A stretch of 64,000 bases of DNA from Candidatus Versatilivorator sp. (lineage in GTDB: Bacteria; Acidobacteriota; Terriglobia; Versatilivoradales; Versatilivoraceae): assembly GCA_965207735.1 (NCBI GenBank), contig OZ242296.1:4096001-4160000 (forward strand), given 5' to 3'. The notes under the pieces are model-generated. The model did no database searches, was not told the origin of the DNA, and was given only the letters and a program-made list of their open reading frames with translations. Position 1 is the first letter of the stretch, and the number at the start of each line of letters is the position of its first letter. This document shows positions 36,465 to 47,173 of this stretch, in pieces. The position numbers were made by a program, and so were the translations under genes.

Positions 36465-38923
36465 TCGACCGGCTGCGACGCCTGCTGAAGAACCGATTCC
36501 GCTCCGGGGAATCAAAGCGCCCTGCCGGCAAGACCGATACCCGAACAGGTCAGTCAATCGCGGCTGTCGGCGCCGGCCTGCTGCAGCAACTGATCGAGAG
36601 CCGATTCCTGACCGCGATTTTGAGCCCTTTGTCCCGCCTGATCGGGACCGAGAGGCTTCAACGCAATCGCGGGCTGGCGGTGGAGCTGCTGCAGCGGCTG
36701 CGTGAAGGTCGAATCGGGCTGGGAATGCAGCTCTATATAGGGATCGGCGGCGCTGTGGTCATCACCCTGTCGGCGAGCCTGGTGGCCTGGTTCTCCTTCA
36801 ATCAGGTGGGAGATTCCCAGAATCGAGTCAACGAGGACAGTATCCCGGAAATGACGGCCGCCTTCGGTGTGGCGCGCCAGGCCGGCACCCTGGTGGCGGC
36901 GGCCCCGCGCCTGGTGACCGCCGCAACTCCGGTCGATTTCACCAGTGTCGCTGCCGCGGTTGCCAAGGAGCAAACGGACTTCGAGACACGCCTTCAAGCC
37001 CTGACCCCCCGGGAGGGTGAAGAAGAAACGGTCTCACGCATTCTGGCCCATGGGAGTGAAATTATCTCCAACATCGGGGCCATTCGGGATTCGGTATCCC
37101 AGTCTTTCTTGCTGAGCCGGCAAAGCGAAGAGCTGCTCACGAAGCTGGAAACCCTGCAGGATGAACTGACCCGCATCCTGGTGCCCGCCATCGATGACCA
37201 TCTCTTCTATGCGCTGACCGGCTACCGAAACCTCGGCCAACGGCCGACCTCCCCGGGACGGCACTTCTCGAAGTCCGAGTTCAACCGCTACCGCTACATG
37301 ATTGAATTGCAGGCACATGCGACCACTGCGACCCAGCTTCTTGCCGGTGTCACCAATCTGACGGAAATCCCCGTGATCGAACCCGTTCGGGAGCGTTTCG
37401 AGTCCGCCCGCGACGGTATCGGGCGCAGCCTTGTGGCTCTCGGAAGCGCTCCGTTGCGGGACAGGATCACCCCGGTTTTCGACCAACTGCTGGACTTGGG
37501 GCTGGGGGAACAGAATGGATTCGATCTCCGAGCCGAGGAGCTGGGTCTCGCCAACAGGCAGCGGGATCTGCTGGAGCGCAATCGTAAACTCTCCGTCGAC
37601 CTGGTGGCTGAAGTCGAAGGGATGGTAGGTTCGGCCAGTGCGCGAGCCCAGGATGCGGCTCTCTCTTCCACGCAAGCCATCCTCACCGGACGCAGACTGC
37701 TTCTGGTCCTGAACCTGGTCAGTATCAGCGGGGCCGTGCTGATCGGTTGGCTGTTTGTCGGGCGGATTCTGTTGCGCCGCCTCAAGAACCTGTCCGATCG
37801 CATGCGCGGCATGGCCGGAGGCGATCTGGAGGCCCAGGTGGAGATCAGCGGGCGCGATGAGGTCGCCGAGATGGCGGCAGCTCTGGAGGTATTTCGACGT
37901 CACGCCCTGGAGGTTCAGCGTTTGAACCTGGTCGAGAAGCTGGCCGAAGAACTGAAGGGAAAGAACTCTCAGCTCGAAAAAGCCATGGACGATCTGCGCA
38001 AGGCTCAGGATCAGATCGTCATGCGCGACAAACTGGCGGAACTCGGCCAACTTACCGCGGGCGTCGCCCACGAGATCAAGAATCCGCTCAATTTCGTCAA
38101 GAACTTCTCGGAAGTCTCAGAGGAATTGATGGAGGAACTGGGGGAGGTCCTCACCGACAACCAGGAGAAGCTGAGCAAGGACGACCGGGAGTTGATCGAG
38201 GAGATTTCCGGAGATCTGACCGGCAATCTCAAGAGCATCCGCCACCACGGCGACCGCGCCAACCGGGTGATACACGACATGCTGTCGATGGGACGAGGTT
38301 CGGGTGAGCGGCAACCGACCGACATCAACGGCCTGCTCGATCAAAGCACTCGACTGGCCTACCACAGCGCCCGGGCCACCGACAAGTCGTTCAACCTGGA
38401 CATCAAGCAGGATCTGGACCCCCGGATTGAAACCATCGACGTCGTCTCTCAGGACGTGGGACGGGTCTTCCTCAACCTGGTCAGCAACGCCTGCTATGCC
38501 ACCGATGAGAAACGGCGTTCCCTGGGGACGGACGGTGGAGAACAGGCCGATGGGGATGGCGAATACAGTCCGACCCTGTGGCTCAGCACCAAGCGCCTGG
38601 AGGACCGGATCGAAATTCGCGTGCGGGACAACGGGAGCGGCATTCCCGCCGATGTCGTCGAGAAGATCTTCAACCCGTTCTTCACCACCAAGCCCACCAA
38701 CGAGGGAACCGGGCTCGGGTTGGCACTGTCCAACGACATCGTGCGAGAGCATGGAGGGGCCATCAAGGTGGAGACCGAACCCGGCAGCTTCACCGAGATG
38801 TTGGTCGAATTGCCCCTGGAATCCCCCGCGGCAATGGCCGAACAAGAAGACGCGGACGATGAGGACGATGAGCCGGTGCTTTCCGCCGGTGAATCGGACA
38901 AGCTCGATTCCAGGGGCTCGTGA
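36461..38923 (+). CDS. Membrane sensor histidine kinase (large helical periplasmic domain, HAMP, HisKA, HATPase)
   Basis: Two TM segments; HAMP (GRDEVAEMA); GVAHEIKNPLNF; NLVSNA; DNGSG; FFTTKP..GTGLGL. Confidence 0.92.
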   Translation: MIDRLRRLLKNRFRSGESKRPAGKTDTRTGQSIAAVGAGLLQQLIESRFLTAILSPLSRLIGTERLQRNRGLAVELLQRLREGRIGLGMQLYIGIGGAVVITLSASLVAWFSFNQVGDSQNRVNEDSIPEMTAAFGVARQAGTLVAAAPRLVTAATPVDFTSVAAAVAKEQTDFETRLQALTPREGEEETVSRILAHGSEIISNIGAIRDSVSQSFLLSRQSEELLTKLETLQDELTRILVPAIDDHLFYALTGYRNLGQRPTSPGRHFSKSEFNRYRYMIELQAHATTATQLLAGVTNLTEIPVIEPVRERFESARDGIGRSLVALGSAPLRDRITPVFDQLLDLGLGEQNGFDLRAEELGLANRQRDLLERNRKLSVDLVAEVEGMVGSASARAQDAALSSTQAILTGRRLLLVLNLVSISGAVLIGWLFVGRILLRRLKNLSDRMRGMAGGDLEAQVEISGRDEVAEMAAALEVFRRHALEVQRLNLVEKLAEELKGKNSQLEKAMDDLRKAQDQIVMRDKLAELGQLTAGVAHEIKNPLNFVKNFSEVSEELMEELGEVLTDNQEKLSKDDRELIEEISGDLTGNLKSIRHHGDRANRVIHDMLSMGRGSGERQPTDINGLLDQSTRLAYHSARATDKSFNLDIKQDLDPRIETIDVVSQDVGRVFLNLVSNACYATDEKRRSLGTDGGEQADGDGEYSPTLWLSTKRLEDRIEIRVRDNGSGIPADVVEKIFNPFFTTKPTNEGTGLGLALSNDIVREHGGAIKVETEPGSFTEMLVELPLESPAAMAEQEDADDEDDEPVLSAGESDKLDSRGS

Positions 38924-39037
38924 GCCGGCGTTAGCCGTCGCATGCCCAGGACGGCATCGATCCGAGACGAGGCCTTCAGTTAATCGCCAGACCGTCGTTC
39001 GTTTGACCTCCAAGGTGGGGACTCCCCGAGCTCCCAT

Positions 39038-40474
39038 GTGAGAGAAACAGGAATTACCGAGCCGATGGCTCTCTGCCAAGCGTCACATCAGGTCTCGATC
39101 GACCCTCCAAGGCGGCCCCCCCGGGGGAATGGCTCCGCCCCACTAAAGCGGGCGGTCCTTGCCGGACTGATCTGGATCCTGTCGGCCCCCGTCGCTTTCG
39201 GTCAAGGCGGCGCCCCCAAGCGGGACGAAACTCCCGGCACGCTGCAGAGCGGTCTGGGGGACGAACTGCCGGGCTGGCTCTCCTTGTCCGGCGAGTTCCG
39301 CTTCCGCTTCGAAAACCCACAGGGGCTGGGCTATAGCGAGGACAGCGACGACGGCTACGGACTGACGCGGACCCGTCTGGATCTGGGGGTCCGGCCGGTC
39401 GCCTGGCTGAACTTCGGGATTCAGGCACAGGACTCCAGGGCCCCGGGGATCCGGCCGGCCCTTTCCGACTCCGGAGCCGTCCGGGATCCGTTCGACTTGC
39501 GCCAGGCCTACGCCGAGATCGGCGCCAGTCGGTCCCCGGCGTCACTGAAGGTGGGCAGGCAGGCGCTGATCTACGGCGACTCGCGCCTGATCGGAGCTCC
39601 GAACTGGTCCAACACCTCCCGCGTCTTCGACGCCGTAAGGCTGCAGATGCGGGGATCGGGCGCCAAGCTCGACCTTTTCTCGGCCTCGGTGGTGCGCAAC
39701 GACCCCAACCGCCGCTTGAACCGATCGGTCGAGGGAGAATACCTGCACGGCCTCTACGGCTCCCTGGAGAACGTCATCCCGGGATCCACTCTCGAACCCT
39801 ACCTGCTCTGGCAGACGAAGTCCTCGGTAGTCAACGAGCTGAACGCACCCGGAGATCTGGACCGTTATACCCTGGGCTTCAGGGCTTGGGGCAAGGGACT
39901 TGGGCCCTGGGACTACAACGCCGCCCTGGTCCGCCAGTGGGGGCAGGTGGCGGGGTCGGATATCCAGGCCTGGGCCTATTACGGAGAACTGGGCTATTCG
40001 ATCGAGGCCAGACTGAACCCACGCCTCTATATCCACTACAACTTCGGATCGGGCGACAAGGACCCCGAAGACGGCCGATTCGGGGGCTTCGTGAACCTCT
40101 ATCCCACCACCGCCTTTTTGTACGGCCGCGCCAACCGGGTCGGCTGGCGCAACCACAAGGGTCTGCGCCTGGGGAGCGAGTTCAAGCCGCACTCCAAGCT
40201 GACGCTACTATTGGAATTCCACTCCTTCTGGCTGGCCTCCAAGACCGATGCCCTCTACAGCGCGGGCGGGCAAGTGTCGGTGGCCCCGCCCCCCGGAGGC
40301 GCCCGGGACGCAAAGGTCGGCAACGAAGTCGACGCCGTCTTCACCGTGCCGGTAACAGACAACTTCAGCCTGGGAGCCGGCCTCGCACACATGCTTCCCG
40401 GCCCCTTTGTCAAGGCCAATACCCCCGGCCACCCATTCACTTACGCCTACCTGTTCACCAGCTACAAGTTCTGA
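39038..40474 (+). CDS. Alginate-export-family outer-membrane beta-barrel protein
   Basis: GEFRFRFE, DLRQAY, VGRQ.LIYGD.RLIG..NW.N..R.FD, GSGD and a terminal YKF. Start uncertain. Confidence 0.8.
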   Translation: MRETGITEPMALCQASHQVSIDPPRRPPRGNGSAPLKRAVLAGLIWILSAPVAFGQGGAPKRDETPGTLQSGLGDELPGWLSLSGEFRFRFENPQGLGYSEDSDDGYGLTRTRLDLGVRPVAWLNFGIQAQDSRAPGIRPALSDSGAVRDPFDLRQAYAEIGASRSPASLKVGRQALIYGDSRLIGAPNWSNTSRVFDAVRLQMRGSGAKLDLFSASVVRNDPNRRLNRSVEGEYLHGLYGSLENVIPGSTLEPYLLWQTKSSVVNELNAPGDLDRYTLGFRAWGKGLGPWDYNAALVRQWGQVAGSDIQAWAYYGELGYSIEARLNPRLYIHYNFGSGDKDPEDGRFGGFVNLYPTTAFLYGRANRVGWRNHKGLRLGSEFKPHSKLTLLLEFHSFWLASKTDALYSAGGQVSVAPPPGGARDAKVGNEVDAVFTVPVTDNFSLGAGLAHMLPGPFVKANTPGHPFTYAYLFTSYKF

Positions 40475-40487
40475 GCGGGAGGGGGAA

Positions 40488-40940
40488 CTACCAGCCGCCC
40501 CGGTCCGGCTCCCGGAAGGCATCCTTGATGACGAACACCTCCGGATCCTGCCAGCTCCCTTGTATGCCGACGATGTCGAAACGCCAAGCCGCTGCCTGGC
40601 GACGAAGGCCCCGGCGATAGTCGGCGGCTGCACGGCAGATCTGGCGCTGCTTGAAACGGTCCACCGCTTCCTCGGGTCCGCCGTATAGACGATTCCTGCG
40701 ATATTTCACCTCGATGAATGCCAGGATGTCTCCGTCCCAACCGATGAGATCGATCTCCCCGGAGCGGCTGCGGTAGCGGTGGGCCACAATTCGATAGCCT
40801 TGCCGCTTGAGGAAGGCATAGGCGAGCAACTCTCCTTTCATGCCCGTTTCCGAGGTGTTGGGCCGGCCTGGTTTCCGGGCCCGGCCGAAGCGGCCTCCGG
40901 ACAGCCATCGCCATCCCTTTTCAAGCCAGGTGGAACGCAT
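40488..40940 (-). CDS. yraN: YraN family (UPF0102) nuclease-fold protein
   Basis: GE..A..FL...GY.I, GEIDLI, FIEVKYR, EAVD..KQ and RFDIV. Confidence 0.88.
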   Translation of the reverse strand: MRSTWLEKGWRWLSGGRFGRARKPGRPNTSETGMKGELLAYAFLKRQGYRIVAHRYRSRSGEIDLIGWDGDILAFIEVKYRRNRLYGGPEEAVDRFKQRQICRAAADYRRGLRRQAAAWRFDIVGIQGSWQDPEVFVIKDAFREPDRGGW

Positions 40941-41094
40941 TCCTCCCCCTTCCGGGCCCAACGGCCCAACCGGATCGTTTGAGAACCGTCAACAGGTTGT
41001 GGAGGGAGAGATGCCGGTGGGGAAGCACTCCGGCAATGTGGCGAGAGAGCCCTGCTATCTTATCCTAGAAACCGCTCACGCTCACGGATGGCTG

Positions 41095-41705
41095 CTGTCG
41101 CCGGCTACGCGGCTCAACTCTTAAGCCAACCCGATCCATGGGCTGACGCCCACGGCTAAGTGCTACCGCCACCTTGGCGGCTGTGGGGCTGGGCTCGCGG
41201 ACAAACGGGAGTTTTCCAGAAGGCGACCGTCGGCTTTCAGAGAATTCGCCCGCCGGATGCCCTCCATCGCACCATCGGGACGCCCCCCCCGGGAGCGCGG
41301 GCGTCTCGCCCGCACAGGACTTGGCACCATTGTAACGATCCCCACAATGGCCGGTTTGGTGCACTGTGCGAGGAAGTGGCCCTGCATCGCAGGCTGTTTG
41401 CACGAATAAGGTTGCGGGCGGGACGCCCGCGCTCCCGGGGGGGCATTCTCCCATGACGCCGTGACACCTACGTCACAATATTGCAGAAGCACCCGGGCGC
41501 CGCTCGTCATTGACCGAGCTCCATCCCTATTCGTCCCCATTCGTGTTCATTGGTGGTTCGTCTTCATTTCCAAAACCAAAACGGCTGGCTGTTTATCCTG
41601 TCTATCCTGTGCATCCATGTTCAATCAGTAGAAAACCGGTTTTGCACGACATGGCCCCTATTCCCGACAGGACATGAAGATTCGTTGTTTTACTCTCGTA
41701 CGATC
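41095..41705 (-). repeat. Composite intergenic repeat (inverted copy of 11480-11912 plus a module shared with 22578-22705)
   Basis: Long reverse-complement similarity to 11480-11912, with a REP-like pair at about 41290 and 41415. Confidence 0.85.
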
Positions 41706-41755
41706 CGGCCCGTCGTCTGGGGCGGGGGCATTGCCATCCTGCGGCGGGATCGGTC

Positions 41756-43147
41756 CTATCGCTTCTTCCAGCGGACGCCTTCCTTGGTGTCTTCGACCAG
41801 GTAACCCAGGTCGAAAATCCGGTCGCGGAGCTCGTCCGCCAGGGCGAAGTCTCGTGCCTTCCGTGCCTGGCCGCGCTGCTCGATCAGGCCTTGAATTTGG
41901 GGGTCCAGACTGGACTGCTCGGACTCCCACAGCGGCAGGACCCGGTTGAGCGTGTCCATGGTCGCCAGAATCGCGGAGCCGTCTCCGTCATGGACCCGGC
42001 CCGCCGCCAGGGCGGTGTTGACCTCCCGCACCCAGTCGAAGATGGCCGCCATGGCCTGAGCCGTGTTGAGGTCCTGATCCATGGCCTCCTCGAACTTCCC
42101 CACAACCGCCTTGCAGCCTGACTGGAGTTCGGGACTGGCGCCCCTCGGCAATGGGTCGGTCTCGATCCGATGCCTGAAGTCCTGCAGCCGCTGGAGCGAA
42201 GCCCCGGCCTGTCTTACCGCGTCGGCGGTGAAGTTGAGCTGACGTTTATAGGGAACGCTCTGCAGCGCATAGCGGACGGCCCCGGGCTGGATTCCCTTCC
42301 CCAGCAGATCCCGTAGCGTAAAGAAGTTGCCCTTGGACTTGGACATCTTCTCGCCATCCACGATGAGATGCTCCCCGTGGACCCAGTAGCGCACGAAAGG
42401 CTTGTCGGTGGCGGCCTCGCTTTGAGCAATCTCGTTCTCATGGTGGGGAAAGATGAGATCCACCGCGCCGCAATGCAGGTCGAAGGTTTCACCCAGGTAT
42501 TTCATGCTCATGGCGGAACATTCGATGTGCCATCCCGGCCGACCGGGACCCAGGGGGGTCTCCCAGCGAGGTTCCCCGTTCTTGGGAGCCTTCCACAAGA
42601 CGAAGTCCCGCGCATCCTGCTTGTCGTACTCGTCCACATCCACCCGGGCGCCCACCTGGATTCCCTCCCGGTCCAGCTTGGCCAGCTTCCCGTAGTCCCC
42701 GAAGGCTTCAATCCGGAAATAGATCGAGCCGTCTTTCTCGTAGGTGTAGCCTCCGGACTGCAGTTGCCGGATCAGGGAAACCATGTCATCGATGTGATCG
42801 GTCGCATGAACGGCCCGGTCGGGTTTCTCGATGCCCAGCCGGTCGCAGTCCTCGAAAAAGGCCCGGGTAAAACGGTCCGTAAACGTTCTGAGCTGAGCGA
42901 CGGTCCGCGCCTCGGAATTCCGGATGGTCTTGTCGTCGACGTCGGTGATGTTCATGACGTGAAAGACCTGAAACCCCTTGTGCCGCAGATAGCGCTTCAG
43001 AACGTCCTGGAAGACGAAGGTCCTCAAGTTTCCGATGTGGACAAAGTCGTACACCGTCGGGCCGCAGGTGTACATTTTCGCCTGGTGGGGCTCCAGCGGT
43101 CGAAAGGGTTCGACCCTCCCGGAGAGGGTGTTGGAAAGCCGCAGCAT
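41756..43147 (-). CDS. cysS: Cysteine--tRNA ligase
   Basis: MYTCGPTVYD..HIGN, DFVLWK, GRPGWHIECSAM, FPHHENE and KMSKS. Confidence 0.97.
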   Translation of the reverse strand: MLRLSNTLSGRVEPFRPLEPHQAKMYTCGPTVYDFVHIGNLRTFVFQDVLKRYLRHKGFQVFHVMNITDVDDKTIRNSEARTVAQLRTFTDRFTRAFFEDCDRLGIEKPDRAVHATDHIDDMVSLIRQLQSGGYTYEKDGSIYFRIEAFGDYGKLAKLDREGIQVGARVDVDEYDKQDARDFVLWKAPKNGEPRWETPLGPGRPGWHIECSAMSMKYLGETFDLHCGAVDLIFPHHENEIAQSEAATDKPFVRYWVHGEHLIVDGEKMSKSKGNFFTLRDLLGKGIQPGAVRYALQSVPYKRQLNFTADAVRQAGASLQRLQDFRHRIETDPLPRGASPELQSGCKAVVGKFEEAMDQDLNTAQAMAAIFDWVREVNTALAAGRVHDGDGSAILATMDTLNRVLPLWESEQSSLDPQIQGLIEQRGQARKARDFALADELRDRIFDLGYLVEDTKEGVRWKKR

Positions 43148-43408
43148 GGGTGAAATCTCCATCGAGCCGCCGCAGCCCGGCGGCGGCGCAGGCCTGTCCG
43201 GCCAGGACCCCGTCCCGGGTCCATTTCCGCGGCTAGAATAGACCGCTGTTCACCGATAAGTCAATACAGGCGAGTCTTTTCCAGGGTGCTTTGCACTGGT
43301 TGCGGATCCGTGTTACACTCGCCGGGTCAGCATGAGATCCTACCTCTTCTCGACCCTGTCACATCCAATGGCTGCAGTTGCCGGTAAGCCATTGAGGGTG
43401 CCTTCCTA

Positions 43409-46400
43409 TTGCTGAAACTGAAGCAAATCCAGATTCAAGGATTCAAATCCTTCGCCGACAAAACCGAACTGACCTTTGACGGATCCGGCATAGCAGCCAT
43501 TGTGGGACCCAACGGTTGCGGCAAGAGCAACATCTCGGATGCCATCGCCTGGGTATTGGGGGAGCAGAGCGCCCGGACCCTTCGAGGCGGAAGGATGCAG
43601 GACGTCATTTTCAACGGCACCCGCTCCCGGTTGCCCCTGGGTCTGGCCGAGGTCAGCGTGGTTCTGTACGATCCGGAGAAGGCCGAAACCGCGCTTCCCA
43701 CCGCCTCCTCTTCTCCCGAGGCGGCTCCGGCCGGCAATGACCCGGCAGCCGGCCGCGACGGCTCACTTCCCGAGGATGAGGCAAGAATCGAAGGTTCCGG
43801 CCGGCCCACTCCCTTGGAGGCCGGCACGGACTCAGCCTCCGGAAAAAAGAAGGGAAGGCGAACCAAGACGCCGGCCAAACCGGGTGAGCTGGTGGTATCC
43901 CGGCGCCTCTTTCGTTCGGGAGAGAGCGAGTACCTGCTCGACGGACGGAGGGTCCGATTGCGGGACGTTCAGGAGGTGTTTCTGGGAACCGGACTGGGGC
44001 CGGATTCCTATGCGCTGATCGAGCAGGACCGGGTCGGCCTGATTCTCAGCTCCAAACCCTCGGATCGACGGGCCATCATCGAGGAGGCCGCAGGCGTCAC
44101 CAAATTCAAGGTCAAGCGCAAGCTGGCGGCCTCGAAGCTGGAGCAGGCCAGGCAGAACCTGCTCCGTGTCAACGATATCACCGAGGAGGTTTCCCGCCAG
44201 CTGGATGCTCTCAAGCGTCAGGCTGCCAAGGCCCGCCGTTACCGGGAGCTCAGCCTGGAAGCCCGGAATCTCTCCAGGAGCCTGTTCTCCGCCCGGGCCA
44301 GCCGTCTGAAGGCCCAGCTGAGCCAGGTGTCGGAAAAATTCGAGCAATTCCAGGACCAGGTCGATCGGAAACAGCGCTTCATCGAGGAGCGGGAAGCCCA
44401 TTTTCGCCTGGACAACAACACCCTCTTCGAGGCCGAGACCGCATTGAAAGGGCAACGCGAACAGTTGTCCCAGTTGCAGATGGAAAACCAAAGGGACCAA
44501 CAAACGATTCAGCATCGGAAAGACCGGTTCGATCAACTGGGAATCCGGTCTCGCGAAAATGCCTTGGAGCTCCAGCTACTCGCGGAGCAGGAGGAGCAAT
44601 ACCAGGTGCAAGCCCGCGAAAGGCGGCAGGCCCTCCAGGAGGTGACCCGGCAGTTCGACAGGCTGCAGGAGCAGTACGACGCCCGCAATCGGGAACAGGA
44701 ACTACGGCAGAACAAGCTGGGCGACCTGGAAGTCTCGGGAGACCGTCTGCGGTCGGAACAACTGGAATTGCTGAGTCGAGCGACCACCCTTCGCAGCACC
44801 GTCATCCAGTTGGAGGAGCACGAAAAGCAGCTGGGCTTGCAATCCGTTCGCCTGGAAAACGAACGCAAACAGGCATCCCGCGATCGCCGGAACCTGGCGG
44901 ACACCTGCGAGAGTGCCGGCAGCCGGCACACCCGGGAGGAAGCGCGGCTGCGTGAGTTGACCGGCAGGGTCAAGGCACTCTCGGCCGAAGTCAACCGGGA
45001 ACGGGAGCAGCAGGTTCGCGCCCGGCAGCAGGTGGCCGAGAAGCGGGAAGAGCTCAGTGCGCAGGATCAACGGCTCCAGTCAATGAAGGAACTGGCTGCG
45101 CATCATGCCTACAGCGCCGAATCGGTGCGGACACTGTTGTCGGTGGCCGACCGGTCCCGGGGGGCCGAGTTTCGGACCCATGGGATCCTGGCCGATCTGG
45201 TGGAGGTGGATGCCGAGCACGAGCGCACCGTGGAACAGTTTGTGCGTCAGGAGCTCGAATTTCTCCTGGTCGATTCTCCGTCCAATGCGCGGGAAGGCAT
45301 CGATCTGCTGCGCAAGAGCGGCTCCGGCCGATCCACCTTTCTGGTCCCCGGTAACAGCGCCTCCGACTCGGCCGCCGACACTCTTGACGTCCTGATCCAG
45401 GATCTGGTGGCTCGAGACCCGCGGCTCGTTCCGATGAGCCGCGTCATCCGTGTGCCGCCCCGCCATCGCCAGGGGCTTCGCTCCGCCCTCCCCCATCTGT
45501 TTCACAGCCTCATTGCCCCCAGCTATCAGGCAGCCCTGCAGATCGCTCAAGCCCATCCGAAGGTGACGGTGCTGACGCCGCAGGGTGAGGTGTTTCGCGG
45601 GCAGCTCATTTCCGGCGGCAGCGGAGACCAGCGCGGACACCTTTCCCTGAAGCGAGAGATCCGCGAGCTGGACCGCCGGCTCCAATCGGCTCGCCGGGAC
45701 CTACTGTTGCTGGAGGAACGGTTCCAGTCCCTGGACCGGTCGGTGCGAGCCAGTGAGCAGGAGCTGACCCGGGTAAACCGGCAGGTGCAGGAACTGGAAA
45801 AGGAGCTGGTAGGCTCCAACCACCGGCTCGAGACCCTCGCCAATGAGCTCGAACGCCTCAGCCAAAGGGAGCGGGAAGTCTCCACGGAAATCCGGAATTT
45901 GGCTCAAGAGCGGTCGGAAATCGACCAGCGCCGCCTCCAATCCCGATCGGAAATCACGCGGGCCGAAGCGCGCAAGACGGAGGTGGACCAGACCATCGAC
46001 TCGATTCAGGCCGCCTGGCGGCGCTTGAGGGACGAATGGCTGCACCATTCGCAGCAGCTCAGCCAGGTGGGCTCGGAGCTGGCCGCATGCGGCGAGCGCA
46101 AGCTCGCTACCGAGGCCGACCGGGAACGGGTTCAAGCCAACCTGCAAGATTGCCTCCAACGCGGGACCAGGCTGAACGCCCAGCGGGAGGAGTGGGCCGC
46201 CCAAAGCCTCGAGATCCGGAACTCGGTTCGACAACTGGAGGAGACCGTCTTCAATCGAGCAGTTAAACGCGCGTCTCTGGAAGCGGATATCCGGATCAGG
46301 GAAGGTCGGATGGAGACCTCCCGAAAGGGCCAGGCGCAACTGGAAAAAGAGCTGCAGGGGTGGCGCCTGGAACTGGACGAGCTACGGAACCGTAAGACCC

Positions 46401-47173
46401 AAACCGAGGTCGAGCGGGCCCGACTCGCCTCCGACCACTCCCATCTGGAGGAATCCTGCCGCCAGGAGCTGGGGGAACCCCTGGAATCGCTTCAGGTGGA
46501 GGAGGTCGGGGAATTCAACCAGGAGGACTATCGGCAATCGGAGGAGCGATACCTCCGCCTCAGGAAGCGCCTGGATTCCATGGGACCGGTCAACATGATG
46601 GCCCTGGAGGAATTCCAGGAATGCGAGCAGCGGTTCGATTTTCTCAACCGGCAACGCCAGGACCTGCTCGATTCCATAGAGGACACCAGCGCTGCCATCC
46701 GCGAGATCGACGAGGTTTCCTGCGAGCAGTTTCAGCAAGCCTTCGATGCGGTGAACCTGAACTTCAGGGAAAGTTTTCAGGAGCTGTTCGGCGGGGGACG
46801 GGGCGAAATGAAATTGCTGGACCCTCAGGACCCTCTGGAGACGGGGATCGAAATCGTGGCCCAGCCTCCGGGGAAACGATTGCAGAATGTGCTGCTGCTC
46901 TCGGGAGGCGAAAAGGCCTTGACCGCCATCGCCCTCCTGCTGGCCATTTTCAGCTACCAACCCAGCCCCTTTTGCGTCCTGGACGAAGTAGACGCTCCGC
47001 TGGACGACGTCAACCTGGGGCGTTACTCCCAGAAGATCAAGACCATGAGCGGTGAGACCCAATTCGTGCTCATCACCCACAGCAAGCGGACCATGGAGGC
47101 GGCTGACGCCCTCTACGGAGTGACCATGGAAGAGGCCGGCGTGTCCAAACTGGTCTCGGTCCGGATGAACTGA
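43409..47173 (+). CDS. smc: Chromosome segregation protein SMC
   Basis: GFKSF, GPNGCGKSN (Walker A), coiled coils, hinge, LLSGGEK and LDEVDAPLD. TTG start. Confidence 0.96.
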   Translation: MLKLKQIQIQGFKSFADKTELTFDGSGIAAIVGPNGCGKSNISDAIAWVLGEQSARTLRGGRMQDVIFNGTRSRLPLGLAEVSVVLYDPEKAETALPTASSSPEAAPAGNDPAAGRDGSLPEDEARIEGSGRPTPLEAGTDSASGKKKGRRTKTPAKPGELVVSRRLFRSGESEYLLDGRRVRLRDVQEVFLGTGLGPDSYALIEQDRVGLILSSKPSDRRAIIEEAAGVTKFKVKRKLAASKLEQARQNLLRVNDITEEVSRQLDALKRQAAKARRYRELSLEARNLSRSLFSARASRLKAQLSQVSEKFEQFQDQVDRKQRFIEEREAHFRLDNNTLFEAETALKGQREQLSQLQMENQRDQQTIQHRKDRFDQLGIRSRENALELQLLAEQEEQYQVQARERRQALQEVTRQFDRLQEQYDARNREQELRQNKLGDLEVSGDRLRSEQLELLSRATTLRSTVIQLEEHEKQLGLQSVRLENERKQASRDRRNLADTCESAGSRHTREEARLRELTGRVKALSAEVNREREQQVRARQQVAEKREELSAQDQRLQSMKELAAHHAYSAESVRTLLSVADRSRGAEFRTHGILADLVEVDAEHERTVEQFVRQELEFLLVDSPSNAREGIDLLRKSGSGRSTFLVPGNSASDSAADTLDVLIQDLVARDPRLVPMSRVIRVPPRHRQGLRSALPHLFHSLIAPSYQAALQIAQAHPKVTVLTPQGEVFRGQLISGGSGDQRGHLSLKREIRELDRRLQSARRDLLLLEERFQSLDRSVRASEQELTRVNRQVQELEKELVGSNHRLETLANELERLSQREREVSTEIRNLAQERSEIDQRRLQSRSEITRAEARKTEVDQTIDSIQAAWRRLRDEWLHHSQQLSQVGSELAACGERKLATEADRERVQANLQDCLQRGTRLNAQREEWAAQSLEIRNSVRQLEETVFNRAVKRASLEADIRIREGRMETSRKGQAQLEKELQGWRLELDELRNRKTQTEVERARLASDHSHLEESCRQELGEPLESLQVEEVGEFNQEDYRQSEERYLRLRKRLDSMGPVNMMALEEFQECEQRFDFLNRQRQDLLDSIEDTSAAIREIDEVSCEQFQQAFDAVNLNFRESFQELFGGGRGEMKLLDPQDPLETGIEIVAQPPGKRLQNVLLLSGGEKALTAIALLLAIFSYQPSPFCVLDEVDAPLDDVNLGRYSQKIKTMSGETQFVLITHSKRTMEAADALYGVTMEEAGVSKLVSVRMN

